64,000 nt of DNA from Candidatus Aminicenantes bacterium (GTDB lineage: Bacteria; Acidobacteriota; Aminicenantia; Aminicenantales; UBA8522): assembly GCA_017886205.1 (NCBI GenBank), contig JAFNEO010000053.1, positions 64,126-128,125 on the forward strand, given 5' to 3'. Shown piece after piece: positions 19,260 to 29,803 of the stretch (position 1 is its first letter; every line of letters begins with the position of its first letter). The notes below the pieces were generated by a model that worked only from the letters and a program-made list of their open reading frames with translations, did not search any database and was not told the DNA's origin. The position numbers were made by a program, and so were the translations under genes.

Positions 19260-20602
19260 GCTATATCTCGCTCAGCGATCAGGACAAGAAGGAGATGCTG
19301 GACCGGATCGGTGTCTCCTCACTGGACGACCTCTTCTGCTGCATTCCCGATGAAATCCGGCTGAAAAGGGAGCTCCGCCTTCCGCCGCCGCTCACCGAGC
19401 CCGAGCTCGTCCGCCATTTTGAAACCATCGGCGGCAAGAACAAGGAGCATATCCATCTCTCTTTCCTTGGCGCCGGCGCCTACCGTCATCACATCCCCTC
19501 GATCGTGGACTATCTGAGCTCGAGAGGAGAGTTCATCAGCCCTTATACGCCCTATCAACCCGAAGTCAGCCAAGGGACTCTCCAGGTCATCTTCGAATAC
19601 CAGACGCTCGTCTGTCAGCTGACGGGCTTGGAGATTTCCAATGCCTCCCTGTATGAAGGGGCTTCAGCGGCCGCCGAAGCGGTTCTCATGGCCGAGCGGA
19701 TCAAGGGCCGGTCGAGAATACAGGTCGCCGGATCCGTCCACCCTCAGTACCGGGAAGTTATCCGCACGTATGTCAAGAACCTGGCTATCCAGGTTGAGGA
19801 GGTGGGGTACGACGATAAAGGACAGGTCGATATCGAGAGCCTGAAGCGGCAGATCGACAACGGGACCAGCGCTGTAGTCTGCCAGTCGCCCAACTTCCTG
19901 GGTGTCGTTGAAAACCTGGATCGACTCTCCGAGGTCGCTCACCAAAACCAGGCGCTTTTTGTCGCGGTCGTGGCCGAGGCTGCATCCCTTGGTTTACTCC
20001 AGCCGCCGGGCGCCGCCGGAGCCGATATCGTGGCCGGAGAAGGACAGTCCCTAGGGCTTCCCTTGAGCTTTGGCGGTCCCTATCTCGGGTTCATGGCCTG
20101 CCGCAAGGAATTCCTCCGCCAGTTTCCCGGGCGCATTGCCGGCGAGACCAAAGACGTCGAGGGAAAAAGAGGTTTTGTCCTCACCCTCTCAACACGAGAG
20201 CAGCATATCCGTCGAGAGAAGGCCACCTCCAACATATGCACAAACCAGGCCTGGTGCGCGCTCCGGGCGACGATTTTCCTGGAAACTCTGGGCCAGGAGG
20301 GGATGCGCGAGCTGGCCTATCAGAATTTCCAGAAAGCCAACTATGCCCTGGGCAGCCTCAGTGCCATAAAGGGTGTCAAAAGGAAGTTCGGGGGGCCCGT
20401 TTTCAACGAGTTTGTCCTAGAATTCGAGGGCGGCTATAAGAAGGTCGCGGACCATCTCCTGAGCAACGGAGTCCTCGGCGGGCTGGATCTCGGGCCTTTT
20501 TATCCGGCGCTCAAGGACTGCGCGTTGTTCTGCGTGACCGAAGTCCACAGCAAGGCTGACATCGACCGGCTGGCCGGCCTGGTCGAGGAGGTCGTCCGAT
20601 GA
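19256..20602 (+). CDS. gcvPA: glycine dehydrogenase (decarboxylating) subunit 1
   Basis: 448 aa. ATGA overlap with gcvH. Confidence 0.95.
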   Translation: MSYISLSDQDKKEMLDRIGVSSLDDLFCCIPDEIRLKRELRLPPPLTEPELVRHFETIGGKNKEHIHLSFLGAGAYRHHIPSIVDYLSSRGEFISPYTPYQPEVSQGTLQVIFEYQTLVCQLTGLEISNASLYEGASAAAEAVLMAERIKGRSRIQVAGSVHPQYREVIRTYVKNLAIQVEEVGYDDKGQVDIESLKRQIDNGTSAVVCQSPNFLGVVENLDRLSEVAHQNQALFVAVVAEAASLGLLQPPGAAGADIVAGEGQSLGLPLSFGGPYLGFMACRKEFLRQFPGRIAGETKDVEGKRGFVLTLSTREQHIRREKATSNICTNQAWCALRATIFLETLGQEGMRELAYQNFQKANYALGSLSAIKGVKRKFGGPVFNEFVLEFEGGYKKVADHLLSNGVLGGLDLGPFYPALKDCALFCVTEVHSKADIDRLAGLVEEVVR

Positions 20603-22050
20603 GCCGCGAACCCTTGATCTTCGAGATCAGTGCCGCGACGAAAAAAGGCTTCGCCCTTCCCCAACTGGATGTGCCGGAAAAAAAGGACGCCTTGGCAGGT
20701 CTTCCTGTCCGCGCCGCTATGCCCGGTTTCCCGCAGGTTTCCGAGGTCGAAGTCGTCCGCCATTTCACGCGACTGTCACAGGCGAATTTCTGTATCGATA
20801 CTTCTTTCTATCCGCTCGGCTCCTGCACCATGAAGTACAATCCCAAGATCAATGAGAGGATCGCCGCCCTGCCGGATTTTCAGGGCTCCCATCCCTATGC
20901 ACCACAGGACCTGATCCAGGGGAACCTCGAGGTCCTGAAGACCCTGGAGGATTGCCTGACCGAGATCACCGGCATGGATGCCATTACGCTGCAGCCGAGC
21001 GCCGGGGCGCATGGGGAGCTGGTGGGGATGATGCTCATCCGCGCTTGTCTCGAGGACCGCGGCGATCCCCGGCAGATCGTCCTCATACCCGATTCGGCCC
21101 ACGGGACCAACCCGTCGAGCGCTCATACCTGCGGCTACAGGGTCCGGGAGGTCAAGTCGAACTCGAATGGGACAATCGACCTGGACGCGCTCAGCCGGGA
21201 GATGACCGGAGAGGCAGCCGCGTTGATGGTCACCAACCCGAACACGCTGGGTGTCTTTGAGTGGGATATTCTGAAGATTTGCGAGATCGTCCATGCCAAA
21301 GGGGGCCTTGTCTACATGGACGGCGCCAACATGAATGCCCTGGTCGGGAAGTTCCGGCCAGGGGACATGGGCATAGACGTCATCCACCTCAACCTTCACA
21401 AAACCTTCTCTACTCCACACGGGGGAGGCGGCCCGGGGTCCGGACCCGTCGGAGTCAAAAAGCACCTCGAGCCGTTTCTGCCGGTACCGATCGTGGAAAG
21501 AGGGGCGGCCGGCTACAGGCTGGACTTCAGTCGCCCCAAGAGCATCGGTCGGGTCCGAAGCTTCTATGGGAATTTTCTGGTCATGCTCAAGGCACTGGCC
21601 TACATCCATTCTCTAGGCGCCGCCGGGTTGAAGGAGGTGGCGGAGATCGCTGTCCTCAATTCCAACTACATTCGCAAGAGTCTGGAGGGCGTCTATCATC
21701 TCAAATATGCCTCGCCCACGCTCCACGAATGTGTCTTCTCGGACAAGTTGCAGAAAGAGCGCGGAATCCTGAACATCGACATCGCCAAACGGCTGATCGA
21801 CTACGGTATCCATCCGCCAACGATGTCCTTTCCGCTGATCGTCCCTGGCGCCTTGATGATTGAGCCCACCGAGACGGAGAGCCGGCGCGACCTCGACCAG
21901 TTCATCGAAGCGATGAAGGCGATCGCCCGGGAGGCCGTCGAGACGCCCGAGGTCCTCAAGTCCGCGCCTCATGTTGCTCCGGTGAGGCGATTGGACGAGA
22001 CCGCGGCCGCCCGCAATCCGGTGCTCAGATGGGAGGGGCCGAAAGAGTAA
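20599..22050 (+). CDS. gcvPB: glycine dehydrogenase (decarboxylating) subunit 2
   Basis: 483 aa. PLP-lysine region HLNLHKTFSTPHGGGGPG. ATGA overlap with gcvPA. Confidence 0.95.
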   Translation: MSREPLIFEISAATKKGFALPQLDVPEKKDALAGLPVRAAMPGFPQVSEVEVVRHFTRLSQANFCIDTSFYPLGSCTMKYNPKINERIAALPDFQGSHPYAPQDLIQGNLEVLKTLEDCLTEITGMDAITLQPSAGAHGELVGMMLIRACLEDRGDPRQIVLIPDSAHGTNPSSAHTCGYRVREVKSNSNGTIDLDALSREMTGEAAALMVTNPNTLGVFEWDILKICEIVHAKGGLVYMDGANMNALVGKFRPGDMGIDVIHLNLHKTFSTPHGGGGPGSGPVGVKKHLEPFLPVPIVERGAAGYRLDFSRPKSIGRVRSFYGNFLVMLKALAYIHSLGAAGLKEVAEIAVLNSNYIRKSLEGVYHLKYASPTLHECVFSDKLQKERGILNIDIAKRLIDYGIHPPTMSFPLIVPGALMIEPTETESRRDLDQFIEAMKAIAREAVETPEVLKSAPHVAPVRRLDETAAARNPVLRWEGPKE

Positions 22051-22054
22051 GACG

Positions 22055-22903
22055 ATGTCGCTCCAAAACCTGATCATGAACTTGCAGAAATATTGGTCCG
22101 ATCAGGGATGCTATCTGGCCCAGCCGTACGACCTGGAGGTGGGTGCGGGAACCATGACGCCGGATACTTTCTTCCGCGTCCTCGACCGCAGGCCCTGGCG
22201 GGTGAGCTATGTCCAGCCGTCGCGCCGGCCGAATGACGGCCGGTTCGGCGAGAACCCGCATCGCGTCCAGAAACACCACCAGTATCAGGTCATCATCAAG
22301 CCATCCCCCTCGGATATCCAGAAGATCTACATCGACAGCCTGGTCAACCTGGGGATCGACCTCTCTGTGCATGACCTTCGATTTGACGAGGATGACTGGG
22401 AGTCGCCGACCATCGGGGCCTGGGGGGTTGGCTGGCAGGTCGTCCTTGACGGACTCGAGATCACCCAGTTTACCTACTTCCAACAGGCCGGAGGAGTTGA
22501 GCTCTTTCCCGTCCCCGTCGAGATCACCTATGGGCTGGAGCGGCTGGAGATGTTCCTCGAGGGAAAGGACAACATGTTTGACCTCGACTGGTCCGGGGAT
22601 GTTTCATATCGGGATTTGAGGCTGCGAGAAGAAAAGGAGTTCTCCGAGTACAATTTCAACCTCGCCGATATCGACAGGCTCCGGAAATCGTTTGCCCTGG
22701 CCGAGGCCGAAGCGACAATGCTCATAGACAAAGGCCTCCTGCTCCCGGCTTATGACATGTGCCTCAAATGCTCCCACCTGTTCAACCTCCTGGACGCCCG
22801 GGGCGCAGTGAGCGTCACCGAGCGGGTCAAAACGATCGGCCAGATCAGGAGCCTGGTCGTCCGGATCGCCCAGAAGTATTGCGCCGAGCAGGGGAGGACG
22901 TGA
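22055..22903 (+). CDS. glyQ: glycine--tRNA ligase alpha subunit
   Basis: 282 aa, strongly conserved GlyQ sequence. Starts 4 nt after the gcvPB stop. Confidence 0.95.
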   Translation: MSLQNLIMNLQKYWSDQGCYLAQPYDLEVGAGTMTPDTFFRVLDRRPWRVSYVQPSRRPNDGRFGENPHRVQKHHQYQVIIKPSPSDIQKIYIDSLVNLGIDLSVHDLRFDEDDWESPTIGAWGVGWQVVLDGLEITQFTYFQQAGGVELFPVPVEITYGLERLEMFLEGKDNMFDLDWSGDVSYRDLRLREEKEFSEYNFNLADIDRLRKSFALAEAEATMLIDKGLLLPAYDMCLKCSHLFNLLDARGAVSVTERVKTIGQIRSLVVRIAQKYCAEQGRT

Positions 22904-24987
22904 TGGAATTCCTCCTCGAGATCAACACCGAAGAGATGCCGGCCTCCCATATTAAAGCGGGCCTGTTCCAGCTCAAGGGGAAAATCGAGAAAGAACTCCA
23001 GGCCAACCATATCACGTGTCTCTCTCTTGAAACCTACGGAACCTGTCGGCGGCTGGTAGTTGTCGGCGACTTTGCCCCCCAGCAGGAGGATAGGGAGGAG
23101 GTCATCATCGGTCCGCCCAAAGCCGTGGCCTTCGCCGCCGACGGCTCGCCCGCCCAGGCGGCCCTTGGCTTTGCCAGGTCACAACACACCGAGGTCGGTA
23201 GGCTCCTGGTTATCCCGACTCCGCGGGGAGAATATGTCGGTCTGAAGAAGATCACGAAAGGCCGGCCGACGGACGGGATACTGTGCGGGGCGCTCCCCGG
23301 CATCATCACCTCCCTCTCCTTTCCGAAGATGATGAAATGGGACGAGGTCAACCTTCGGTTTTCGCGGCCGATCAAGAGAATCCTCTGCCTCTGGGGCGGA
23401 AAGGTTCTGACCTTCTCAATCGAGGGCCTCAAAACCAATGGGCTGACGTCGGGCCACAAGCTCCACTCTCCCCAGCCGTTTAAGGTAATTTCCTTCCGCG
23501 AATACAGGGCCGGTCTGAAGAAAAACAAGGTCATCCTCTCGGCGGAAGAGAGAAAGTCCATGATCCTCACTCAGATCGAGAAACGCCTGGCGCCGCTCGA
23601 GGCGCAGCTCTATCCGGACGAGGAACTCCTCGAAAAGCTGACCTATGACGTTGAATATCCCTATGTCTTTCTGGGGGAATTCCCCCAAGAATACCTCCGT
23701 CTTCCCCTGGAGGTGCTCAGTGTGGCCATGAGAGAGGGTCAGAAGCTCTTTTCGGTAATCAGGGAAGGCCGGCAGCTGCCCTTCTTTCTGGGAGTCGCCG
23801 ACGCCCTGAGAGACCGAAAATCGCTGATCCGCAGGGGTAATGAGCGTGTCCTCAGGGCGAGGCTCGAAGATGCCCGGTTTTTCTGGGAGCAGGACCTCAA
23901 GGTCCCCCTGGCCCAGAGGGCGGCGGGGCTGAGACAGGTCATGTTTCAGGAAAAGCTGGGCCATTATGAAGATAAGTCTGCGCGCCTTAAGCAGCTCGTT
24001 GCCTACCTCTGCGACAGGCTCGATGAGAAGAAGCTTAAGAAAGACGCTGTCCAGGCGGCCGAGTTATGTAAAGTGGACCTGCTCACTGAGATGGTCCGGG
24101 AGTTTCCCTCTCTTCAGGGAAAGGTGGGCGGGCTCTATGCCAGGGAAGAGGGATATCCTTCGACAGTCTCCCAGGCCATCTATGAGCATTACCAGCCGGC
24201 CGGTCTCGAAGATCTTCCGCCGTCTTCACACGCGGGTGCGCTCCTCTCCCTCGCCGACAGGGTCGATTCCATCGTCGGGGTCGTCGGAATCGGCGTCCAG
24301 GTCACGGGCTCTAGCGATCCGTTCGGCCTGCGTCGGCATGCCGGCGGGATCTGCAGGATCGTGCTGGACAGGAAGCTTCTCCTCTCATTCGACCATCTCC
24401 TGGAGAAGGCGTTCTCCGCCTATGGTGACGGCCTGGAAAAATCGAAAAAGGAGATTATCGAGTACTGTCGGGCATTCCTTGGCCAGCGGCTCCGGTTTAT
24501 CTATGAAGGCCAGGGGTATCGCTATGACCTGGTCGAAGCCGCGCTCGGCGCGGGGTTGGATCCGATCTACTTTTCTTATCTCCGGCTCATGGCCCTCGCT
24601 TCTCTCCAGAAAAGCCCGCATTTCGAGCCGTTTATCCTGATGGCCAAGCGGGTCAACAACATCCTCCGGGGGTTGCCGCCCTATGCCGTAAATCCCGACC
24701 TGTTTGCGGAGAAAGAGGAGCAGGAGCTTTGGTCATCATTCTCCATCATCAGGGACAACGCACTTCCTTTGATAGCGGCCGGGGAATTCGTCAAAGCCCA
24801 GAACATGATCTTCAAGCTGGAGGCTCCTCTGAGCGCTTTCTTCGATCAGGTCCTGGTCATGGCTGAGGACAGGCGGGTCAGGCAGAACCGGCTGGCTCTG
24901 CTTCAGGCGATCAGCGGTCTCCTCCTCGAGATGGCGGACTTCTCTCAGGTTGTTGTCGAGGGGGAGAAAAAAGAGAGAGCGTCCTAG
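22903..24987 (+). CDS. glyS: glycine--tRNA ligase beta subunit
   Basis: Start re-set to the ATG at 22903 (MEFLLEINTEEMPASHIKAG...), a TGATG overlap with glyQ. 695 aa. Confidence 0.9.
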   Translation: MEFLLEINTEEMPASHIKAGLFQLKGKIEKELQANHITCLSLETYGTCRRLVVVGDFAPQQEDREEVIIGPPKAVAFAADGSPAQAALGFARSQHTEVGRLLVIPTPRGEYVGLKKITKGRPTDGILCGALPGIITSLSFPKMMKWDEVNLRFSRPIKRILCLWGGKVLTFSIEGLKTNGLTSGHKLHSPQPFKVISFREYRAGLKKNKVILSAEERKSMILTQIEKRLAPLEAQLYPDEELLEKLTYDVEYPYVFLGEFPQEYLRLPLEVLSVAMREGQKLFSVIREGRQLPFFLGVADALRDRKSLIRRGNERVLRARLEDARFFWEQDLKVPLAQRAAGLRQVMFQEKLGHYEDKSARLKQLVAYLCDRLDEKKLKKDAVQAAELCKVDLLTEMVREFPSLQGKVGGLYAREEGYPSTVSQAIYEHYQPAGLEDLPPSSHAGALLSLADRVDSIVGVVGIGVQVTGSSDPFGLRRHAGGICRIVLDRKLLLSFDHLLEKAFSAYGDGLEKSKKEIIEYCRAFLGQRLRFIYEGQGYRYDLVEAALGAGLDPIYFSYLRLMALASLQKSPHFEPFILMAKRVNNILRGLPPYAVNPDLFAEKEEQELWSSFSIIRDNALPLIAAGEFVKAQNMIFKLEAPLSAFFDQVLVMAEDRRVRQNRLALLQAISGLLLEMADFSQVVVEGEKKERAS

Positions 24988-25424
24988 ATCTGGAACTCGT
25001 CCTCATCCGGGCCGGAAGGCTCCTCGCCCGGTTTCGCTTTGTCGGCGAATTTCTGTTCGAGAGCCATGATCTTGACCATGGCCTGAGGCAGGTTCTGGTC
25101 TTTGTCCATCCCATAGGGATTGAATTGCACCCCGACCTGGAATTGATAACTCTTCCCTTCGCTGGGGGACGACCATTTGACGACGCCCTTCATGCTGAAA
25201 GGAATGCGCTCTCCGGGGACGGAGATCCGCAGCGTAACCTCGGTGTCGGGCTTGAGCACTTTCTGGGTGAGAAAGCGGATACCGCCCCGGCTGATGTCCA
25301 GGACGGGGCAGAACTCCTCCATGAAACCCGGCCTTGGGAGGAGCGACTTTCTCTGGTAATTGACGGTGGCACCGGGGATCTTGAAGCGGATGCAGGTCCG
25401 TTTTTCGATCTCGTTTTCGCCCAT
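24984..25424 (-). CDS. PilZ domain protein (c-di-GMP receptor)
   Basis: RKSLLPRPGF (RxxxR) and DISRGGIRF (DxSxxG) motifs. The ATG at 25424 with a GAAGAGGG RBS is preferred. Confidence 0.6.
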   Translation of the reverse strand: MGENEIEKRTCIRFKIPGATVNYQRKSLLPRPGFMEEFCPVLDISRGGIRFLTQKVLKPDTEVTLRISVPGERIPFSMKGVVKWSSPSEGKSYQFQVGVQFNPYGMDKDQNLPQAMVKIMALEQKFADKAKPGEEPSGPDEDEFQI

Positions 25425-25522
25425 TGATGCCCTCTTCTTTCGAGACTCACCATTCTTATATAACAAATCGAGCCAAAAAGTCAAAATATTCTTCCAGTTA
25501 CGGTTACAGAATCAGTTTGGCG

Positions 25523-25552
25523 TTGACAAAGAATCCGGTTTTTTCTTAGAAT
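25523..25552 (+). promoter_or_regulatory. sigma70-like promoter (TTGACA-N18-TAGAAT) for the BNR-repeat gene
   Basis: Read directly. Flanked by several gaatc/ggttac short repeats that could be regulator sites. Confidence 0.35.
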
Positions 25553-25632
25553 CGGTTACCAGGCTGGGGAATCGACAAATCACATAAAGATGTTCCCTCA
25601 GTCGAATTCACTGGATTATTGAAAGGAGGAAT

Positions 25633-28056
25633 ATGCTTAGCCGACGCCATTTGAGTATCAGGGTTCATTGTAAAGTTATTTTCGGGCTTCTGCTCCTAGC
25701 GGGTCTCTCTTTATCCGGAGGGCTTCTGGGCCAGAAAGCGACCAAGCCGTTGCGGGTTCAGTCCACCGACCCGGCCCTACGGCTCAATGGCTTTGAAACC
25801 TATCTGGATATGGTCAAAGGATCGCCGTTCAAAGCCTTGAATTGGAGCCATATCGGTCCGACCAACGTCAGCGGGCGGTGTACGGATATCGCCGTAGTTT
25901 CGCCCAGAGGCAAGAGCTATACGATCTACGTGGCCACGGCGTCGGGGGGCGTATGGAAGACAGTCAACGAGGGAACCACATGGGAACCGGTTTTTGAGAG
26001 GGCGGCCTCGACGGCCATCGGAGATATCGCCATCGCACCGACCAACCCCGATACCCTTTGGGTCGGAACCGGCGAAGCCAACATCTTCCGCAGTTCACAG
26101 GCGGGATGCGGGATCTACAAATCTACAGACGGCGGGAAAACTTGGGCGCATATGGGACTCGCGGACACCTACACCATCGCCCGGATCATCGTCCATCCCC
26201 AGAATCCGGATGTCGTCTATGTGGCCGGGTCCGGCCACGAGTGGACGGATAACGCCGAACGCGGCGTTTTTAAAACCGTCGACGGCGGGAAAACCTGGGA
26301 GAAAGTCCTGTTCGTCAACGAGCGGACGGGCGCGATTGATTTGGTTATGGACCCTTCGGACAACAATACCCTCTATGCGTCCACCTGGCAGAGAGTGCGG
26401 CTCAGATGGAACGACCCGCGCAACTTCCAGGGCTACTCGGCCGGCGGCATCTTTAAAACGGCCGACGGCGGCAAGACCTGGAAGCCCATCAACAGCGGCC
26501 TGCCGGATGGGCCATACAGAGGCCGGATCGGAATCGATGTCTGCCTAAAAAAACCCAATGTGCTTTATGCCTTTGTCGATAACTATGAGATCGCGCGCCA
26601 GCCGTCTGCAGAGGAGGGAAGAGACTCCTACGGTCGTCCCTCGAGCGGTATCATAAAGGGCGCGACCCTTTTTCGTTCGGACGACAAGGGCGAGACCTGG
26701 ACGCTGGTCTGCCCGACTACCGACGAGATGAAAAAATACATGGAGCGCCACTCCGGGACCTACGGCTGGGTCTTCGGCCAGGTCCGGGTCGACCCTAATG
26801 ACGAGAACACCGTCTATACGATGGGCCTGGCGCTGAACATCTCCCATGAAGGCGGCAAGACGTTCAAGGGGACCTATGGCACTCACGTGGATCATCATGG
26901 CCTCTGGATCGACCCGGATAACTCCAATTATCTGGTCAACGTCAACGATGGGGGACTCGGCATCTCCTATGATGGTGGAAAGACTTGGCGTGGTTTCACG
27001 GATAACCTCCCGGTCTGTCAGTTCTTCAACATCGCCTATGATATGGCAACCCCCTTCCGCGTCTACGGGTCGATGCAGGACCATGGGAGTTATCGCGGAC
27101 AAGTCCTCCAGAAGAAGGACAGAAGGACCGGGAAGGTCCTGGAAGGCTACCAAGCCGTAGCCTTTGAACAGGCACCGGGCGGAGAAGGCTGCAGCCACGC
27201 CGTCGACCCGGCCAATCCCGACATCGTCTACTCAGCCGAGTTCTACGGCCGGATCACGCGGTCGGATATGAGATTACCGGAGCGGGAGCGGACCAAGAAT
27301 TTGCTTCCCGCCACCTATCCGGACGAGCCGCCCCTCCGCGGCCAGTGGGTGGCGCCGTTCATCGTTTCGCCGCACAACAACGAGACGATCTATCACGGCA
27401 CACAGTACCTCTTCCGGTCGTTCAATAGAGGCGATGTCTGGGAGCGGGTCAGCCCCGACTTGACCTACAATACGGCCGCCGAGATGGGCGACATCTCCTA
27501 TCATACGCTCTTCGCCATTTCCGAATCCCCGCTACGGGCCGGGTTGATCTACGCCGGAACGGACGACGGCAAGGTCCAGGTTACCCGCGACGGTGGCAAG
27601 ACCTGGAGCGAAATCATGTCCGGTCTCCCGTACCAAAAATGGGTTTCGCGCATCGTCGCCTCGGCTTTTGAGTTGGGGACGGTCTACATGACCCAGAACG
27701 GCAAGCGTGATGACGATTTCACTCCCTATGTTTGGAAATCGACCGATTTCGGAAAGACGTGGGTCAGCATCGCCGGAAACATCCCCTTCGGTCCTGTGAA
27801 CGTGATCCGTGAGGATCCCGTCGACAAGAATATCCTTTATGTAGGGACCGACGGAGGTGTTTATGTAACCAAGGACGGGGGTAAGGCCTGGAACGTCTTG
27901 GGTGGCAACCTTCCGATGGCCTACGTGCTTGACCTTATTATCCACCCCCGAGACAACATCATCGTCATCGCTACACACGGCCGCGGCATGTGGGCGATCG
28001 ACGTAGAACCTATTAACGAGAAGTCCAAGCGACGGCCCTGGTGGTGGGAGGATTAA
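25633..28056 (+). CDS. secreted BNR/Asp-box repeat protein (GH74/sortilin-VPS10-like double beta-propeller)
   Basis: Signal peptide. Multiple S/TxDGGKTW Asp-box repeats (STDGGKTW, TVDGGKTW, TADGGKTW, SDDKGETW, SYDGGKTW, TRDGGKTW, TKDGGKAW). Confidence 0.7.
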   Translation: MLSRRHLSIRVHCKVIFGLLLLAGLSLSGGLLGQKATKPLRVQSTDPALRLNGFETYLDMVKGSPFKALNWSHIGPTNVSGRCTDIAVVSPRGKSYTIYVATASGGVWKTVNEGTTWEPVFERAASTAIGDIAIAPTNPDTLWVGTGEANIFRSSQAGCGIYKSTDGGKTWAHMGLADTYTIARIIVHPQNPDVVYVAGSGHEWTDNAERGVFKTVDGGKTWEKVLFVNERTGAIDLVMDPSDNNTLYASTWQRVRLRWNDPRNFQGYSAGGIFKTADGGKTWKPINSGLPDGPYRGRIGIDVCLKKPNVLYAFVDNYEIARQPSAEEGRDSYGRPSSGIIKGATLFRSDDKGETWTLVCPTTDEMKKYMERHSGTYGWVFGQVRVDPNDENTVYTMGLALNISHEGGKTFKGTYGTHVDHHGLWIDPDNSNYLVNVNDGGLGISYDGGKTWRGFTDNLPVCQFFNIAYDMATPFRVYGSMQDHGSYRGQVLQKKDRRTGKVLEGYQAVAFEQAPGGEGCSHAVDPANPDIVYSAEFYGRITRSDMRLPERERTKNLLPATYPDEPPLRGQWVAPFIVSPHNNETIYHGTQYLFRSFNRGDVWERVSPDLTYNTAAEMGDISYHTLFAISESPLRAGLIYAGTDDGKVQVTRDGGKTWSEIMSGLPYQKWVSRIVASAFELGTVYMTQNGKRDDDFTPYVWKSTDFGKTWVSIAGNIPFGPVNVIREDPVDKNILYVGTDGGVYVTKDGGKAWNVLGGNLPMAYVLDLIIHPRDNIIVIATHGRGMWAIDVEPINEKSKRRPWWWED

Positions 28057-28124
28057 AACGGACAGCTTTTGTCGAACAGCCTGACAGCCGCTTTCTTGCT
28101 TCTAGGTGTCGCCCCGAACCACGC

Positions 28125-29792
28125 CTACCGCAGCGTGCCTTCGTAGTGGGCGGTCAGCTGGCGCTTCCGCACGTCCTCGGGGGTGTAAGAGGGGAGCAGC
28201 ACCGGAGCCATACGGTCCGTCTTGATCCGGGCCTTCTTCAGTTCATTCTCATAGGCAGTGATGTGCTTGAGGGACAGCTTGTCCAGCTTCACGTGTTTTG
28301 TGTATTCCGCCGCGTATTTGCCGGCCCTGCGTCCGAAGACGTTATAGTCGAGGACTGAATTTCCCATCAGCCGGTTCCGGCCGTGAACACCGCCCGATGC
28401 TTCGCCGGCGACATACAGGCCGGGGATGTTCGACTCGCACTTGGCGTTGATCTCGACTCCGCCGTTCTGGTAGTGGAGCGAGGGATAGACGAGCATCGGC
28501 TCTTTGGTGATGTCGATCTGGTAGCGGATAAACTGCCGGACCATAGCCGGAAAGTTCTTGTAAAGGTAGCCGGCGCCCTGGATGATGTCGATGAGCGGGG
28601 AGTCCAGCCAGACACCCCACCGGCCGCTCGGAGTCTGAATCCCATTGTGCCTCTCCAAGCATTCCCGGATAAAGGCGGCGCTCTCGACGTCACGGGGTTC
28701 ACGCGGAAAGACAAACAGTTCACCGTGCCTATTGAGCGGCTGTCCCCCGGCGCCCCGGATCTTCTCCGTGATAAGGAAGCCGGCGATCTGCTCGGGAAAG
28801 CTGGCGCCTGTCGGATGATACTGCACCGAGTCCATGTACATGAGCTTGGCTCCGGCCCGGTAGGCCATGATCAGCCCATCGCCCGTCGCACCGTAGTGGT
28901 TCGTTGTGTCGAAACCGCGAATGTGCAGCCGGCCATAGCCGCCCGTAGCGATGATCGTGGCCTTCGCCCTGACCATGAAATATTCTTCAGTTTCCATGTT
29001 GTAGAGGACACCGCCGGCGCAGTGTCCTTTTTTGTCCATGATGAGCTCGACCGTGGGCATGAACTCGAGGACGGTGATCTCGTCGGGATGGTTGCGGACT
29101 TCGTCCATGAGTGTCCGCATGATTATGGCGCCGGTGTAATCCCGGCAGGAATGCATGCGCTTGCGGGAAGTGCCTCCGCCGTGGAGGACGTACATGGAAT
29201 GATCGGGATTTTTGTCCCAGACGACACCCAGGTCTTCCAGCCACTTGACCACTTCGGGACCATCCTCGGTCATGGCGCGGACGAGGTCCGGCTTGTTGTC
29301 GAAGTGCCCGCCCCCCATCGCATCGAGATAATGACGGGTGGGAGAGTCCTTCGCGGGAACGGCCGCCTGCATCCCTCCCTGCGACATCATCGAGTTGGCG
29401 TCGCCCATCCGGAGCTTGGTGGAAATGATGCTCTTGGCGCCGTTCTGCATGGCGATGATGGCCGCGGCGCATCCGGCGCCTCCGCCGCCGACGATCAGGA
29501 TATCGGTTTCGTAATCGGGTTTGTCGAGGTTGAAGAGCTCCGCTCTGATCCGGCTGTGAGACTCCAGGATATCGGCCACCTCGGTCGTGATTTCTTCGCC
29601 CTTATTGGGCCCGATATGGACAACGCGCCGCGATTCTTTCTTGTAATCGGGATGGAACTTGTTCAGGACGTCATCCCGCTCTTCGGCGGTCATCGGCGCA
29701 AAAACGGGTTTCCCGGATTTTTCGAGCTCGAGCCTTTTCTGCCGGGTTTCGTCTACCAGCTTCAATGAATCTCTCATATATTCTGGATACAT
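28125..29792 (-). CDS. fumarate reductase/succinate dehydrogenase-family FAD flavoprotein (SdhA/FrdA/AprA superfamily, soluble)
   Basis: Start re-set to the ATG at 29792 (AAGGAGAG RBS). GGGGAGCAAA dinucleotide-binding motif and a QYHPTG active-site region. No His at the covalent-FAD position. Confidence 0.75.
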   Translation of the reverse strand: MYPEYMRDSLKLVDETRQKRLELEKSGKPVFAPMTAEERDDVLNKFHPDYKKESRRVVHIGPNKGEEITTEVADILESHSRIRAELFNLDKPDYETDILIVGGGGAGCAAAIIAMQNGAKSIISTKLRMGDANSMMSQGGMQAAVPAKDSPTRHYLDAMGGGHFDNKPDLVRAMTEDGPEVVKWLEDLGVVWDKNPDHSMYVLHGGGTSRKRMHSCRDYTGAIIMRTLMDEVRNHPDEITVLEFMPTVELIMDKKGHCAGGVLYNMETEEYFMVRAKATIIATGGYGRLHIRGFDTTNHYGATGDGLIMAYRAGAKLMYMDSVQYHPTGASFPEQIAGFLITEKIRGAGGQPLNRHGELFVFPREPRDVESAAFIRECLERHNGIQTPSGRWGVWLDSPLIDIIQGAGYLYKNFPAMVRQFIRYQIDITKEPMLVYPSLHYQNGGVEINAKCESNIPGLYVAGEASGGVHGRNRLMGNSVLDYNVFGRRAGKYAAEYTKHVKLDKLSLKHITAYENELKKARIKTDRMAPVLLPSYTPEDVRKRQLTAHYEGTLR

Positions 29793-29803
29793 CGGGCTCT
29801 CCT

